A stretch of 64,000 bases of DNA. Source: Gemmatimonadota bacterium (lineage in GTDB: Bacteria; Gemmatimonadota; Gemmatimonadetes; Palauibacterales; Palauibacteraceae). Positions 37,932 to 46,861 of the stretch are shown in pieces. The position numbers were made by a program, and so were the translations under genes. Position 1 is the stretch's first letter. The number at the start of each line of letters is the position of its first letter. The notes under the pieces were generated by a model. The model worked only from the letters and a program-made list of their open reading frames with translations. It had not been told where the DNA came from and did no database searches. The stretch is taken from assembly GCA_958295535.1 (NCBI GenBank), contig OY282356.1, positions 1,945,614-2,009,613 of the forward strand, read 5' to 3'.

Positions 37932-38443
37932 CGAAGCGGACCTCGCCTTCTCATGATGGCGATGCCGGACACCAACGCGCCGACAATCACGCCAGGGTAG
38001 TCGCCACTATCCTCATAGACAATTTTGTCGTCGAACGGACTGACAAGGAATGGCAGCGTCGCTCTGGCGATGCGGTAGAACTGATTCTCCAGGAAGTTCC
38101 CCCATTCAATCGCGGAGTTGTCCTCATGGAACCCTAAGCTATACGTCATGGACTTCACCGTAGGCAGTTCAGCCAGCGGGACCTCGCCGTCCAATGCCCG
38201 GTATTCGCTGCCGAGGTTGAAAGATAGCGCCGCCATGCCGAAAAGCAGGGTGACGACGCCCAGCTTCAGGTAGCGGCCGAACGGAGGCGCGGTGACGCAG
38301 CGCTTGATTCGACTTGCCAAACTCGGAGGAGCGAGCCGACGCACCCGGTTCAGCTCCCTCGCCATGCCCAAGACGATAAACGGCAGCAGCAGCGCATAGA
38401 CGTGCCATCCCAACAGCAACGCCGCGCACGCCTTGACGAGCAA
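37928..38443 (-). CDS. Hypothetical small membrane protein (171 aa)
   Basis: ORF translationally coupled to the downstream GT-C (4-bp overlap). N- and C-terminal hydrophobic helices (LLLGWHVYALLLPFIVLGM; GVIVGALVSGIAIM) flank a ~100-aa segment. No family recognised. Confidence 0.35.
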   Translation of the reverse strand: MLVKACAALLLGWHVYALLLPFIVLGMARELNRVRRLAPPSLASRIKRCVTAPPFGRYLKLGVVTLLFGMAALSFNLGSEYRALDGEVPLAELPTVKSMTYSLGFHEDNSAIEWGNFLENQFYRIARATLPFLVSPFDDKIVYEDSGDYPGVIVGALVSGIAIMRRRGPLR

Positions 38444-38527
38444 CTGCCGGAAGCGGCCCTCCTGGACAAATGCGTTGTAGTGGGGTCACGGCATGGAAAT
38501 CTCTTGTCGCGCCGGTGCAAGTCTTCA

Positions 38528-41164
38528 TCATCGGCGGAATTCCGCTTCCCAGATATTGCTTGAACCGTCGACAACGAGCACGTACTGGCCGGTTCTGATT
38601 TTGGAGATGTCGTATTCCGGGAGAGGGACGTTCGCCAGACATTCGCCATCGAATCTGTCGCCGTGCCGGTCGAAATGGAAATCCAGGTTGTCGAAGCCGT
38701 TCCGCTTGCGATCGTCGGGGAGGTCCTCCGGGTCGATGGGGATGACGTGTAGAAAAAACATCGCTTCGGTGTCGGCTGGGGCGCACGGTCGCTTAGAGTA
38801 GGTCAGCGTGTTTTCGCGGATATGTATGTCGAAAGTGGAACGGGCCGCAGGCTCGCCTGAAGCCGCCCCCGAAAAATGGCTGTCAAACCACCGCCGTTTC
38901 TCCTCGAACCAGTGCTCCATTTCCCAAAGGAGGTTCCCATCGCGGTCAACCTGTCCGGCCCGGATGCCGAAGAGGTCCTTCGTCGGGAGCTGGCGCTCGG
39001 CGACGCAGGCGCCGTCGTTCTTCCAGAAACTATGGTGCCATTCAAAATCCAGGGTAGCGCGTTCCGGCATTCCACTCTCGGAATCCAACGAATAGACGCT
39101 CAACGGGAACCGCGACCGGTTTTCGTCTTCCCGGATGCAGCTCCGGTTCCTATAGATCAGCCTGTTTCCGTGGAGGTACACATCGTACCCGGAACGAATG
39201 CCGCGGTCCGCTTCGGAAGCGCCCGCCGCTCCCCTTCCGTCTTCGCTTCCAAGCGGCACCAACACTTTCAGGATGTCCGGCTGTACGGGCTCGGACGGCC
39301 TGGTAGTCGCTCCTACTCGGTTGCCGAGCTGGTCTTCGTAGTACACCGAAGCGCGCAGGCGATGCCCGACATCGGCAACCGTGGGGGTGTACACGTGGTT
39401 GGGCCGTTGAACCGGGAGGCTCGCCCAGCCACCCGCATCGCCGCCTTTCTCCCACCGCCACGGGTTCCCTCGCCGCTCTCCGTGGGAGCGGTTGACATAG
39501 ACATAGAACGGCTCCCCCTCCACCGGAGCATCGGAACTGAGGAACATGGCTGGCCGGGACTCCAGCCGGGACTCCAGGGAGTCGCGTTGCAAGCGATACA
39601 GCTTGCCGTCCGCCAGCTCCGCCACCGGCTCCAGCAAGCGCTCCCGAGACAAGGCGCTTCGGAGATCCTCGTCCTGCTGCCGAGAGCATCTTCCCCGCGA
39701 GTCGACGAAATCGAGGACATATGCCTCTCCGCCGTCAAGCGCTTTTGACCATGCGAACGGTAGATGATCCGGTTCGCACGGCAAGCTGTAATGGCGGCGC
39801 AGATTGTCGGCGTACAAAGCCGTGACGGGTCGGACATTGCTCCAGATCGTGCCTGTCAGAGCCGCCTCCCGAATGTACGACACGCTCTCCGAACGCCTCC
39901 ACCGCGGGTCGGCATACATGTCGTGTCGCGCACCGGCATTCCAGAGCGGTATCTCGCGGTAATGCAGCGCAACCAGCCAGGCCGCCTGGAGGACAAGCGC
40001 CAACATACAGGATGGCACGAGAGCCCCCCGCTGGAACTCGACTCGCCGCCGGCGCGGAACGACTCCCCGCGGCGCCCGCCGGCGCACATGCCGGAGGGCG
40101 CCATCCATCAGCAACAGCGCCGCGAACAGGAGCGGAATGTACACCGGAGCGAGATATCTCCACTGCAATCCACTCCAGGTGTTTCCCGACATCATCGCGG
40201 CGACGAGCAGCGTCAGGTACGCGAGCGCAAAACCGCCGAACACGCGCAACGGCCTCCAGGCAACACCCGAAGCAGCGGAAGCACCCATTTTCCGATCCGA
40301 GCGGCGCCAGAACGCATGGCAGGCAGTCATCACGAGCGTCAACAGAACCGGGGCGGTCAACCCGACGAGCCACCAGTCCAAAACCGCGATTCGCAAGACG
40401 TCGGCCACGATGTAGGGAAAGGAGTAGAAAACCCCAGCTACTCTGGAACCGACCGGATATCCGACAAGCAGATAGTTCCGCAGCATCCACAGACCCGTCG
40501 GCGCCGCCGCTATCAGCACATAGACGGCGATACGCTTCATCTTCTCCCGTGGCGCAACCCGCGCCGCAAGCAGCAACGGGACCACCGCCAGGATCGCGGA
40601 AGCGCCCATGTAGCGGGTTAGCCAAGCCAACGCGCTGTACGCCGCCGCCCGGATCAGGGCTGCGCGGCCGCCGCCGCCCAGGTGGGCATCGATCTGCGTC
40701 AGCGAGAGCGTCACGAACAGAATGAATGCCGGCTCGCTCATGGCCTCGGACGCGATCTCGGCGAGCGGAAGGGCCAGCGCGATCGAGAGACAGCCCCACA
40801 GCCACAGGAACCGGGAGTGAAGATGGCCCCGCATCCACCAACCAGCGACCAGAACGGTCAGCCCGAAGATTACGGCGTTGAGCGGCCCGGCGATGGCGTG
40901 GGGGTCGAGCCCGAACAGCCCCCCGCTTGCGAGCATCGCCGGATACAGCGGCGGATAGGTCACCAAAGAGCGACCCAACAAATCGACAAAGCCATCACCC
41001 GCCAGGAGATTGCGGGCCACCGTGATGTAGTTGACGGCATCCCAACCTATGCGTGGTCCGTGGCCCGCCTGCCGCAGGAGCACCAGACCCGCGCCCAGCG
41101 CGGCGGCCGCGACGAGGTGGAGTTGCCCCGGTTTCGTGAACAGTTTAGTGACTTGGGTTTTCAT
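38528..41164 (-). CDS. ArnT/PMT_2-like GT-C membrane glycosyltransferase, paralog 4, with WxW module and two copies (one degenerate) of the shared C-terminal domain
   Basis: Probable start MKTQVTKLF (ATG 41164); the listed ORF extends to 41266. First-loop motif GWDAVNYITVARNLLAGDGFV, then TM helices. The periplasmic region contains NPWRWEKGGDAGGWASLPVQRPNHVYTPTVADVGHRLRASVYYEDQLGNRV. Next is a degenerate CTD (IRSGYDVYLHGNRLIYRNRSC...LDFEWHH...GACVAERQLP...IRAGQ). A canonical terminal CTD follows (ARSTFDIHIRENTLTYSKRPCAPADTEAMFFLHVIPIDPEDLPDDRKRNGFDNLDFHFDRHGDRFDGECLANVPLPEYDISKIRTGQYVL). Confidence 0.7.
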   Translation of the reverse strand: MKTQVTKLFTKPGQLHLVAAAALGAGLVLLRQAGHGPRIGWDAVNYITVARNLLAGDGFVDLLGRSLVTYPPLYPAMLASGGLFGLDPHAIAGPLNAVIFGLTVLVAGWWMRGHLHSRFLWLWGCLSIALALPLAEIASEAMSEPAFILFVTLSLTQIDAHLGGGGRAALIRAAAYSALAWLTRYMGASAILAVVPLLLAARVAPREKMKRIAVYVLIAAAPTGLWMLRNYLLVGYPVGSRVAGVFYSFPYIVADVLRIAVLDWWLVGLTAPVLLTLVMTACHAFWRRSDRKMGASAASGVAWRPLRVFGGFALAYLTLLVAAMMSGNTWSGLQWRYLAPVYIPLLFAALLLMDGALRHVRRRAPRGVVPRRRRVEFQRGALVPSCMLALVLQAAWLVALHYREIPLWNAGARHDMYADPRWRRSESVSYIREAALTGTIWSNVRPVTALYADNLRRHYSLPCEPDHLPFAWSKALDGGEAYVLDFVDSRGRCSRQQDEDLRSALSRERLLEPVAELADGKLYRLQRDSLESRLESRPAMFLSSDAPVEGEPFYVYVNRSHGERRGNPWRWEKGGDAGGWASLPVQRPNHVYTPTVADVGHRLRASVYYEDQLGNRVGATTRPSEPVQPDILKVLVPLGSEDGRGAAGASEADRGIRSGYDVYLHGNRLIYRNRSCIREDENRSRFPLSVYSLDSESGMPERATLDFEWHHSFWKNDGACVAERQLPTKDLFGIRAGQVDRDGNLLWEMEHWFEEKRRWFDSHFSGAASGEPAARSTFDIHIRENTLTYSKRPCAPADTEAMFFLHVIPIDPEDLPDDRKRNGFDNLDFHFDRHGDRFDGECLANVPLPEYDISKIRTGQYVLVVDGSSNIWEAEFRR

Positions 41165-41305
41165 GCGGCTTCGCGGAGGCGAAGGAGGTATATTGGCAGC
41201 CCTGATCGGAGTGGTGGAGGAGCGAGTCCGGGCGGCGTTGCCGAACGGCCATGTCGAGGAAATCAAGCACGAGTTCGGCGCACTGTCGTCTGCGGAGCGG
41301 CTCTA

Positions 41306-42160
41306 TCACGGCGACGGCAGGGTGCGCAAGTATATCCCCTCTCGCACCTGCCGGGACGAATTCTCGACTATCCGACAGCACGCGACAGCCGAAGCGTCCA
41401 GTACCCCCAATGATTCCTCGGAGAGGCGGGGCCTTTCTTGCTCGTCGCCCAGGGGAACGAAGAACGCCTTGTTGACCGCCTCGCTATCCTTGATTCGCTG
41501 CAATAGATGCCTGAAACCAAGCTGGCGCAGAGCAAAGCCGCACCAGTGCCCAAAGGCCGAGAGCCACAAGGACCTGGCGGCAACCGCCTGGTTCGCGGCT
41601 TGTCGCGGGACACGGTCGAACTTCGGCGCTCGGCAGAGGGAAGACAAGACATCCAGCACAGCGCCCGTATCCTTGACAAGAGCAGAAAAAGAGAGCGTCA
41701 GGACATCGACTTGGGGCCGGAACACTTCTGCCAAGCGTTCGGAGGTCAGTCTATCGCGTACAACCGCCGCCTCCAGCCGCCGCGCGCCGAAGAGAGCCGA
41801 TGGCTCTGCCCGGCTTCTGCGGAATTGCATCATCGAAGTTGCGCGGTCCCGGTGGTCTCTGAGAAGCGCCACCAGCAATATTCTGAACCCCTCCTCCCTC
41901 AAGGCTTCCACGCTGCGAGACAACGTGGTATCGGCATAGGCCAAGTTAGCCACGTCGCACAGGACTTGGCCCCTCCCCAGCCGATCCAGCCGTTTCCGCG
42001 CCCGTCTGAACGTTCTTGGAGAGCGGTAGTAGTACCGCTCCTTGATTTCGAGGAAGCAGAAGCTGGGATGGCCTTCCAAAATCCGGTACAGGAATTCGCT
42101 CCCCGACCGCCCAGGCCCCACTACAAGTAGATAATCGTACACGTCCGGACCGCCTTCCAA
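41306..42160 (-). CDS. Sulfotransferase family protein (PAPS-dependent)
   Basis: 284 aa. N-terminal 5'-PSB P-loop-like motif YLLVVGPGRSGSEFLYRIL and later RDHRDRATSMMQFRRS (3'-PB-like). A degraded paralog fragment lies at 58161..58633. Confidence 0.7.
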   Translation of the reverse strand: MEGGPDVYDYLLVVGPGRSGSEFLYRILEGHPSFCFLEIKERYYYRSPRTFRRARKRLDRLGRGQVLCDVANLAYADTTLSRSVEALREEGFRILLVALLRDHRDRATSMMQFRRSRAEPSALFGARRLEAAVVRDRLTSERLAEVFRPQVDVLTLSFSALVKDTGAVLDVLSSLCRAPKFDRVPRQAANQAVAARSLWLSAFGHWCGFALRQLGFRHLLQRIKDSEAVNKAFFVPLGDEQERPRLSEESLGVLDASAVACCRIVENSSRQVREGIYLRTLPSP

Positions 42161-42445
42161 GGCGCTGGTGGACTTGCAGCGTCACCAGATTGTCGTCTGA
42201 TAGCTTCCGCGGTATCGCTGGCTGCCCAGGATTTCGGCGCAGTTCAATAGTGACTGGATCAAGAAGACCAAAGATAGCGAGTATAATGCCAATCTACTAA
42301 TGTCCGCTTCGTCAACCGGCGCCAGGGATGTCGGATTGTCGTCAGTCCGGTGGAATCTGTCGTCGACCAGATAGACGGCGATGAGCGCCCCATGTACGCG
42401 CGCGCGTTCGGCGAGTCCGCGCCGGGCGCGGCACCCGGCCGCTGA

Positions 42446-42468
42446 TTGCCTCCGTGGCGGGAATGCCG
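42446..42468 (+). promoter_or_regulatory. Candidate sigma70-type promoter for the gmhA-hddA-gmhB operon (TTGCCT-17 bp-TAGAAT)
   Basis: ttgcctccgtggcgggaatgccgtagaat lies ~100 bp upstream of gmhA in the 400-bp divergent intergenic region 42161..42568. That region is locally AT-richer; a TATAAT hexamer also occurs at 42282-42287. Pattern match only. Confidence 0.25.
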
Positions 42469-42568
42469 TAGAATATTCGGTCCATGAGCGCAGCTCTCGC
42501 CTTCGCAGCGCTCGCCTTCGACGACGATCAATTCATCGAGCACCTGACGGACAGCGGCTTCACGGAGA

Positions 42569-43207
42569 TTGGATGTGTCGCGCGCGGAGCGCCTGCTTGA
42601 CCGGAAAGATAATTCCGTGAGCCACCCTGGAAAAGAAGCTCTATCCTGGCTGCGAAGCCTCGCCAAGCTGCTCGACGAATCGACGTGCCGATACCAGGGA
42701 GACCCCATATCGTTGGACCGTGGTCTGAATGCCCTGCTACAGATCTGGTCGAGACAGATCGTTCGCGACCGTTCAGTTTTCTGGATCGGCAACGGCGGCA
42801 GTGCGGCGCTGGTTTCTCACCTGTCTCAGGATTTGATCAACCAATGCGGCGTCAGATCTCAGACTTTCAACGATCCTTCGCTGATCACGTGCATGTCGAA
42901 CGACTATGGATACGAGCAGGTCTTCAAGCGTCCCCTGCGGGCCCTCGCCCGTGAACGCGATGTCCTGATGGCGGTATCGAGCTCCGGAATGTCGGCGAAC
43001 ATCGTGGATGCCGCTCGAACCGCTCTCGAGATCGGGATGGACTTGGTGACATTCTCGGCATTCTCGGCCGACAACCGCTTGCACAAGCTGCAATCCACAC
43101 TTTCCTTCCATACGCCGACCGATATCTACGGACACGCCGAACTAGCCCATGCAGCGTTGATTCACGCTGCTGTCGACATATGTTCTCGATGGGAAGAGGA
43201 AAGATGA
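42569..43207 (+). CDS. gmhA: D-sedoheptulose-7-phosphate isomerase (SIS domain)
   Basis: SIS-domain phosphoheptose isomerase motifs: SVFWIGNGGSAALVSHLSQDL, VLMAVSSSGMSANIVDAARTALEIGMDLVTFSAF. ATGA overlap with hddA. Confidence 0.85.
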   Translation: MDVSRAERLLDRKDNSVSHPGKEALSWLRSLAKLLDESTCRYQGDPISLDRGLNALLQIWSRQIVRDRSVFWIGNGGSAALVSHLSQDLINQCGVRSQTFNDPSLITCMSNDYGYEQVFKRPLRALARERDVLMAVSSSGMSANIVDAARTALEIGMDLVTFSAFSADNRLHKLQSTLSFHTPTDIYGHAELAHAALIHAAVDICSRWEEER

Positions 43208-44199
43208 TTATCACTCGCACCCCTTATAGAGTCAGCTTGATGGGGGGTGGAACGGATTTCCCGGCTTTTTTTCGCGAACGTGGCGGCTTGGTAATAAATG
43301 CTGCGCTCAACAAGTATTTCTATGTCAGCATGACTCGTCGTTTTGACGACAGCATATGCTTGTCCTACTCCAAGACGGAGACAGTTCGAACTTCGAAAGA
43401 CTTAGAGCATGACATAGTGCGTACGATCCTTGCGCGGTACGATCTTCATTCCAGATTGGAGATCGGAATGGTTGGCGAGATCCCCGGGGGCACCGGCTTG
43501 GGATCCAGCAGCGCCGTCACCGTTGGGTTGCTGCATGCGGTTCGAGTCTCCTTCGGCTTGGAGTGCGGCGCGGATACGCTGGCAAAAGAAGCGGTGATTA
43601 TCGAAACTGAACTGTTGAAAAAACCCATTGGATGGCAAGATCAATACGGTGTAGCTTTCCCCGCATTGAAGAAGATACTGTTCAATCGAGATGATAGCGT
43701 GCGAGTGGAGCCGATAGCGCTGGCGCCCGAGAACCGAACGGCCTTGGAAGCTCACTCCCTGCTCGTGCATACGGGCGGGACGAGAAAAGCGGAGACGGTG
43801 TTGTCGGGCCAGTCATCGAATATGGATGCCAATCAATCCGGGCTCGATGCTATCCGCGGTATTGCCCACGATATGATGACGGCCCTTCAAGGCAGTCCGC
43901 TCGACTTGCAGTTGATCGGATCGATGCTCAGCGAGAGCTGGATGATCAAGCGTACGCTTGCCGCCAACGTCGCCAATCCGGAAATCGATGAACTGTACCA
44001 ATCAGGGATCGCATCGGGAGCGTGGGGCGGGAAACTGCTTGGCGCCGGCGGTTGCGGTTTCATGCTCTTCCTGGTGCCGGCAGAACGGCAGGCGGCCATG
44101 CTCTCACGCATGGGAAACCCGCCGGCATTCCCGTTGGCGCTGGATTCGACCGGCTCGCGGCTCGTATATGAAAGCGGGAGCCGCCGGAGCGGTTTCTGA
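43204..44199 (+). CDS. hddA: D-glycero-D-manno-heptose 7-phosphate kinase (GHMP kinase family)
   Basis: ATG 43204 with GGAAGAGGAAAG upstream. GHMP motifs: PYRVSLMGGGTDFP, EIPGGTGLGSSSAVTVGLL, GAWGGKLLGAGGCGFMLF. It is positioned between gmhA and gmhB, as in GDP-heptose loci. Confidence 0.8.
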   Translation: MIITRTPYRVSLMGGGTDFPAFFRERGGLVINAALNKYFYVSMTRRFDDSICLSYSKTETVRTSKDLEHDIVRTILARYDLHSRLEIGMVGEIPGGTGLGSSSAVTVGLLHAVRVSFGLECGADTLAKEAVIIETELLKKPIGWQDQYGVAFPALKKILFNRDDSVRVEPIALAPENRTALEAHSLLVHTGGTRKAETVLSGQSSNMDANQSGLDAIRGIAHDMMTALQGSPLDLQLIGSMLSESWMIKRTLAANVANPEIDELYQSGIASGAWGGKLLGAGGCGFMLFLVPAERQAAMLSRMGNPPAFPLALDSTGSRLVYESGSRRSGF

Positions 44200-44210
44200 T
44201 ACAGGGCGAT

Positions 44211-44825
44211 ATGACGAGAGCGTTTCGGAAGTCGCGGTGCGCGGTGTTCCTGGACCGGGACGGTACAATTAACCAAGAGGTTCATCATCTTTGTCGACCG
44301 GAGCAACTGCAGTTGTTGCCGGGGGCGTCCGAGGGGCTTCGGAGCCTTCACGAAGCCGGTCACTTGCTGATCGTCGTGACCAATCAGTCTGTGGTCGGGC
44401 GCGGTTGGCTGAACAGAGATCGGCTTGACGAAATTCACCGGCGCCTGAGCGGCATGCTAAATGCCGAAGGAGTGAACATCACTGCCTGGTACGACTGCCC
44501 ACACCATCCGGATGACGGATGTTCGTGCCGCAAACCAGCCATCGGTCTGTTCGAGCGGGGACGTCGAGAGCTCGGGATCTCCCTGGCTCAAGCGTGGATG
44601 GTGGGGGACCGGCTAAGCGATCTGCAAGCCGGTCGCGCGGTTGGTGCACGAACCATTCTGGTCGCAACCGGATATGGGCGCCGGGAGTATCGGCTTCCGC
44701 AGCGTAAAGAGTACGCCGACTACTACGCCGAATCCCTCATAGAGGCCGCTCAAATAATCATGCGACCCGATATCTTGACCGCGGGTCAATGCAAAGGGGC
44801 AGCGGTCTCGGTCGAACCGCCCTGA
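44211..44825 (+). CDS. gmhB: D,D-heptose 1,7-bisphosphate phosphatase (HAD-IIIA)
   Basis: AVFLDRDGTIN (HAD motif I), VVTNQS, and the GmhB Zn-finger-like CPHHPDDGCSCRKP and MVGDRLSDLQAG. Its 3' end overlaps the convergent GT2 gene by 40 nt. Confidence 0.85.
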   Translation: MTRAFRKSRCAVFLDRDGTINQEVHHLCRPEQLQLLPGASEGLRSLHEAGHLLIVVTNQSVVGRGWLNRDRLDEIHRRLSGMLNAEGVNITAWYDCPHHPDDGCSCRKPAIGLFERGRRELGISLAQAWMVGDRLSDLQAGRAVGARTILVATGYGRREYRLPQRKEYADYYAESLIEAAQIIMRPDILTAGQCKGAAVSVEPP

Positions 44826-46861
44826 ACCGGGGTGAAGAAACCGAGTCCCCAGCTCAGGTGCATGGTTACGAGGGCCAGCGGGAGCACGAGCGCGGCGTAC
44901 GAGCGGCGGCGGATGCCGACCGCCAGAGAGCCGAGCAGCAGGACGAGGACATACGCGAGCGGCAGTATCGCTGCCACCCACACCGTGTTGGCCACGGCCA
45001 GGACCGGCGAGACGGACAATGCCAGCAGCAACAGCGGGCTGGCGACATGCCGGGGGAGCAGGGAGACCGGATGTCGTAGCGCCACTACCCGCTTCCACCG
45101 GCCGTAATCGAAATATTGCCGGGCGAGGTCCCGCAAGGTGCCGCGGGGCCGGTAGACGACCACGAGTTGGGGATCGAACCACACCGTTTCCCCGCGCGCC
45201 CGCAGCCGCCAGTTGAGTTCGTAGTCCTGATTTCGAAAGAAGGCGGCGTCGATGCCGCCCACGGCCTCCAGCGCATCGCGCCGGAACGCGCCCAGGAAGA
45301 CGGTGTCGGCGGGACCCTCGGGACCGCCCAGCCGGTAGCGGGCGCCGCCAGCCCCCAGAGGAGTGGTCATCGCCAACCCCACCGCTCGTCCGAAGAACGT
45401 GGTACCGACCGGCTGTTGCCGGCCGCCGACATTGGCCGCACCCGTTCTTTGCAGCGTGCTCACCGCGCGGCGCAGGTATCCGGCCGGCAACACCGTATGG
45501 GCGTCGCACCGCACGATGACCTCTCCGTCCGACACCCGCTGCGCCGCGCGCAATCCGAAGCCGGCGGTCCGTTCCGGATTGGGAACCAGCATCACCGCCG
45601 GATACAGCCGCCGGACCAGATCGGATGTGGCCGACGTGTCGGATCCGTCGGCGACGATCACCTCTACCGAACCCTCGTAGTCCTGAGACAACACCGAATC
45701 GATCGCCCCACCGATGGTCGCCTCGGCGTTCCGAGCCGGGATGAGAACCGACACCCGCGGCAAGGCGCCACCGCCGAGGCGCCGCCCCGGGCGCATCGTC
45801 AGCTCCCTCCTGATCCGCACTGGGGTAAAGAAACCGATTCCCCAACTCAGGTGCATGGTCGCGAGGGCCAGCGGGAGCAGGAGCGCGGCGTACGAACGGC
45901 GACGGATGCCGACCGCCAGAGAGCCGAGCGCCAGGGTGAGCACGTACGCGAGCGGCGCTGCCGCTGCCGCCCAGTAGACGCCGGCCACGGCCAAGACCGT
46001 CGAGGCGGCCAATCCCAACAGCAACAGCGGGCCGGCAAGATGCCGGGGCAGCAGGGATAATCGATGTCGTAGCGCCACTACCCGCTTCCATCGGCCATAA
46101 TTGAAATATTGCCAAGCGAGACCCCGCAAGGTGCTGCGGGGCCGGTAGTCGACCACGAGCTCGGGATCGAACCACACCGTTTCCCCGCGCGCCCGAAGCC
46201 GCCAGTTGAGTTCGTAGTCCTCGCCCCCCCCTAGGGTAGGGTCGACGCCGCCCACCGCCTCCAACGCATCGCGCCGGAACGCGCCCAGGAAGACGGTGTC
46301 GGCGGGCCCCCCGGGACCGCCCATCCGGTAGCGGGCGCCGCCAGCCCCCAGGGGAGTGGTCATCGCTATCGCCACCGCGCGCCCGAAGAACGTGACGCCG
46401 ACCGGCCGTTGCCGGCCGCCGACGTTGGCCGCCCCCGTCCTTTGCAACGTGCTCACCGCGCGACGCAGGTATCCGGCCGGCAACACCGTATGGGCGTCGC
46501 ACCGCACGATGACCTCTCCGTCCGCCGCCCGGTACGCCGCGTGGATTCCGTGCGTGATGACCTGCTCCAGATTGGGAACCAGCGTCACTGTCGGGTACAG
46601 CCGCCGAACCAAGTCGGATGTGGCCGACGTGTCGGATCCGTCGGCGACGATTACCTCTACCGAACCCTCGTAGTCCTGAGACAACACCGAGTCGATCGCC
46701 GCCCCGATGGTCGCCTCGGCGTTCCTAGCCGGGATGAGAACCGACACCGGCGGCAGTCGAGTCGCAACGGCCGGCTGCGGGACGACAATGGAATTCTCCT
46801 TCATGTCCCATGACTGCAATGGTGTCGAACCGGATGCCACCGGCAAGCGTTCAGTTTTCAC
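44786..46861 (-). CDS. Tandem GT2 glycosyltransferase fusion: two complete GT2 + C-terminal TM modules in one 691-aa ORF (module 1 45797..46861 lacks a stop; module 2 starts at ATG 45796 with its own RBS)
   Basis: Module 1 (MKTERLPVASGS...VSVLIPARNAEATIGAAIDSVLSQDYEGSVEVIVADGSD...DAH..., three TM helices, ...HLSWGIGFFTPV) runs without a stop through RIRRELT into module 2 (MRPGRRLGGGALPRVSVLIPARN...HLSWGLGFFTPVQGGSTETAAPLH*). atcAGGAGGGAgctgacgATG lies at the junction. The modules are ~90% identical. A third, frameshifted copy is at 48453..49557. Confidence 0.6.
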   Translation of the reverse strand: MKTERLPVASGSTPLQSWDMKENSIVVPQPAVATRLPPVSVLIPARNAEATIGAAIDSVLSQDYEGSVEVIVADGSDTSATSDLVRRLYPTVTLVPNLEQVITHGIHAAYRAADGEVIVRCDAHTVLPAGYLRRAVSTLQRTGAANVGGRQRPVGVTFFGRAVAIAMTTPLGAGGARYRMGGPGGPADTVFLGAFRRDALEAVGGVDPTLGGGEDYELNWRLRARGETVWFDPELVVDYRPRSTLRGLAWQYFNYGRWKRVVALRHRLSLLPRHLAGPLLLLGLAASTVLAVAGVYWAAAAAPLAYVLTLALGSLAVGIRRRSYAALLLPLALATMHLSWGIGFFTPVRIRRELTMRPGRRLGGGALPRVSVLIPARNAEATIGGAIDSVLSQDYEGSVEVIVADGSDTSATSDLVRRLYPAVMLVPNPERTAGFGLRAAQRVSDGEVIVRCDAHTVLPAGYLRRAVSTLQRTGAANVGGRQQPVGTTFFGRAVGLAMTTPLGAGGARYRLGGPEGPADTVFLGAFRRDALEAVGGIDAAFFRNQDYELNWRLRARGETVWFDPQLVVVYRPRGTLRDLARQYFDYGRWKRVVALRHPVSLLPRHVASPLLLLALSVSPVLAVANTVWVAAILPLAYVLVLLLGSLAVGIRRRSYAALVLPLALVTMHLSWGLGFFTPVQGGSTETAAPLH

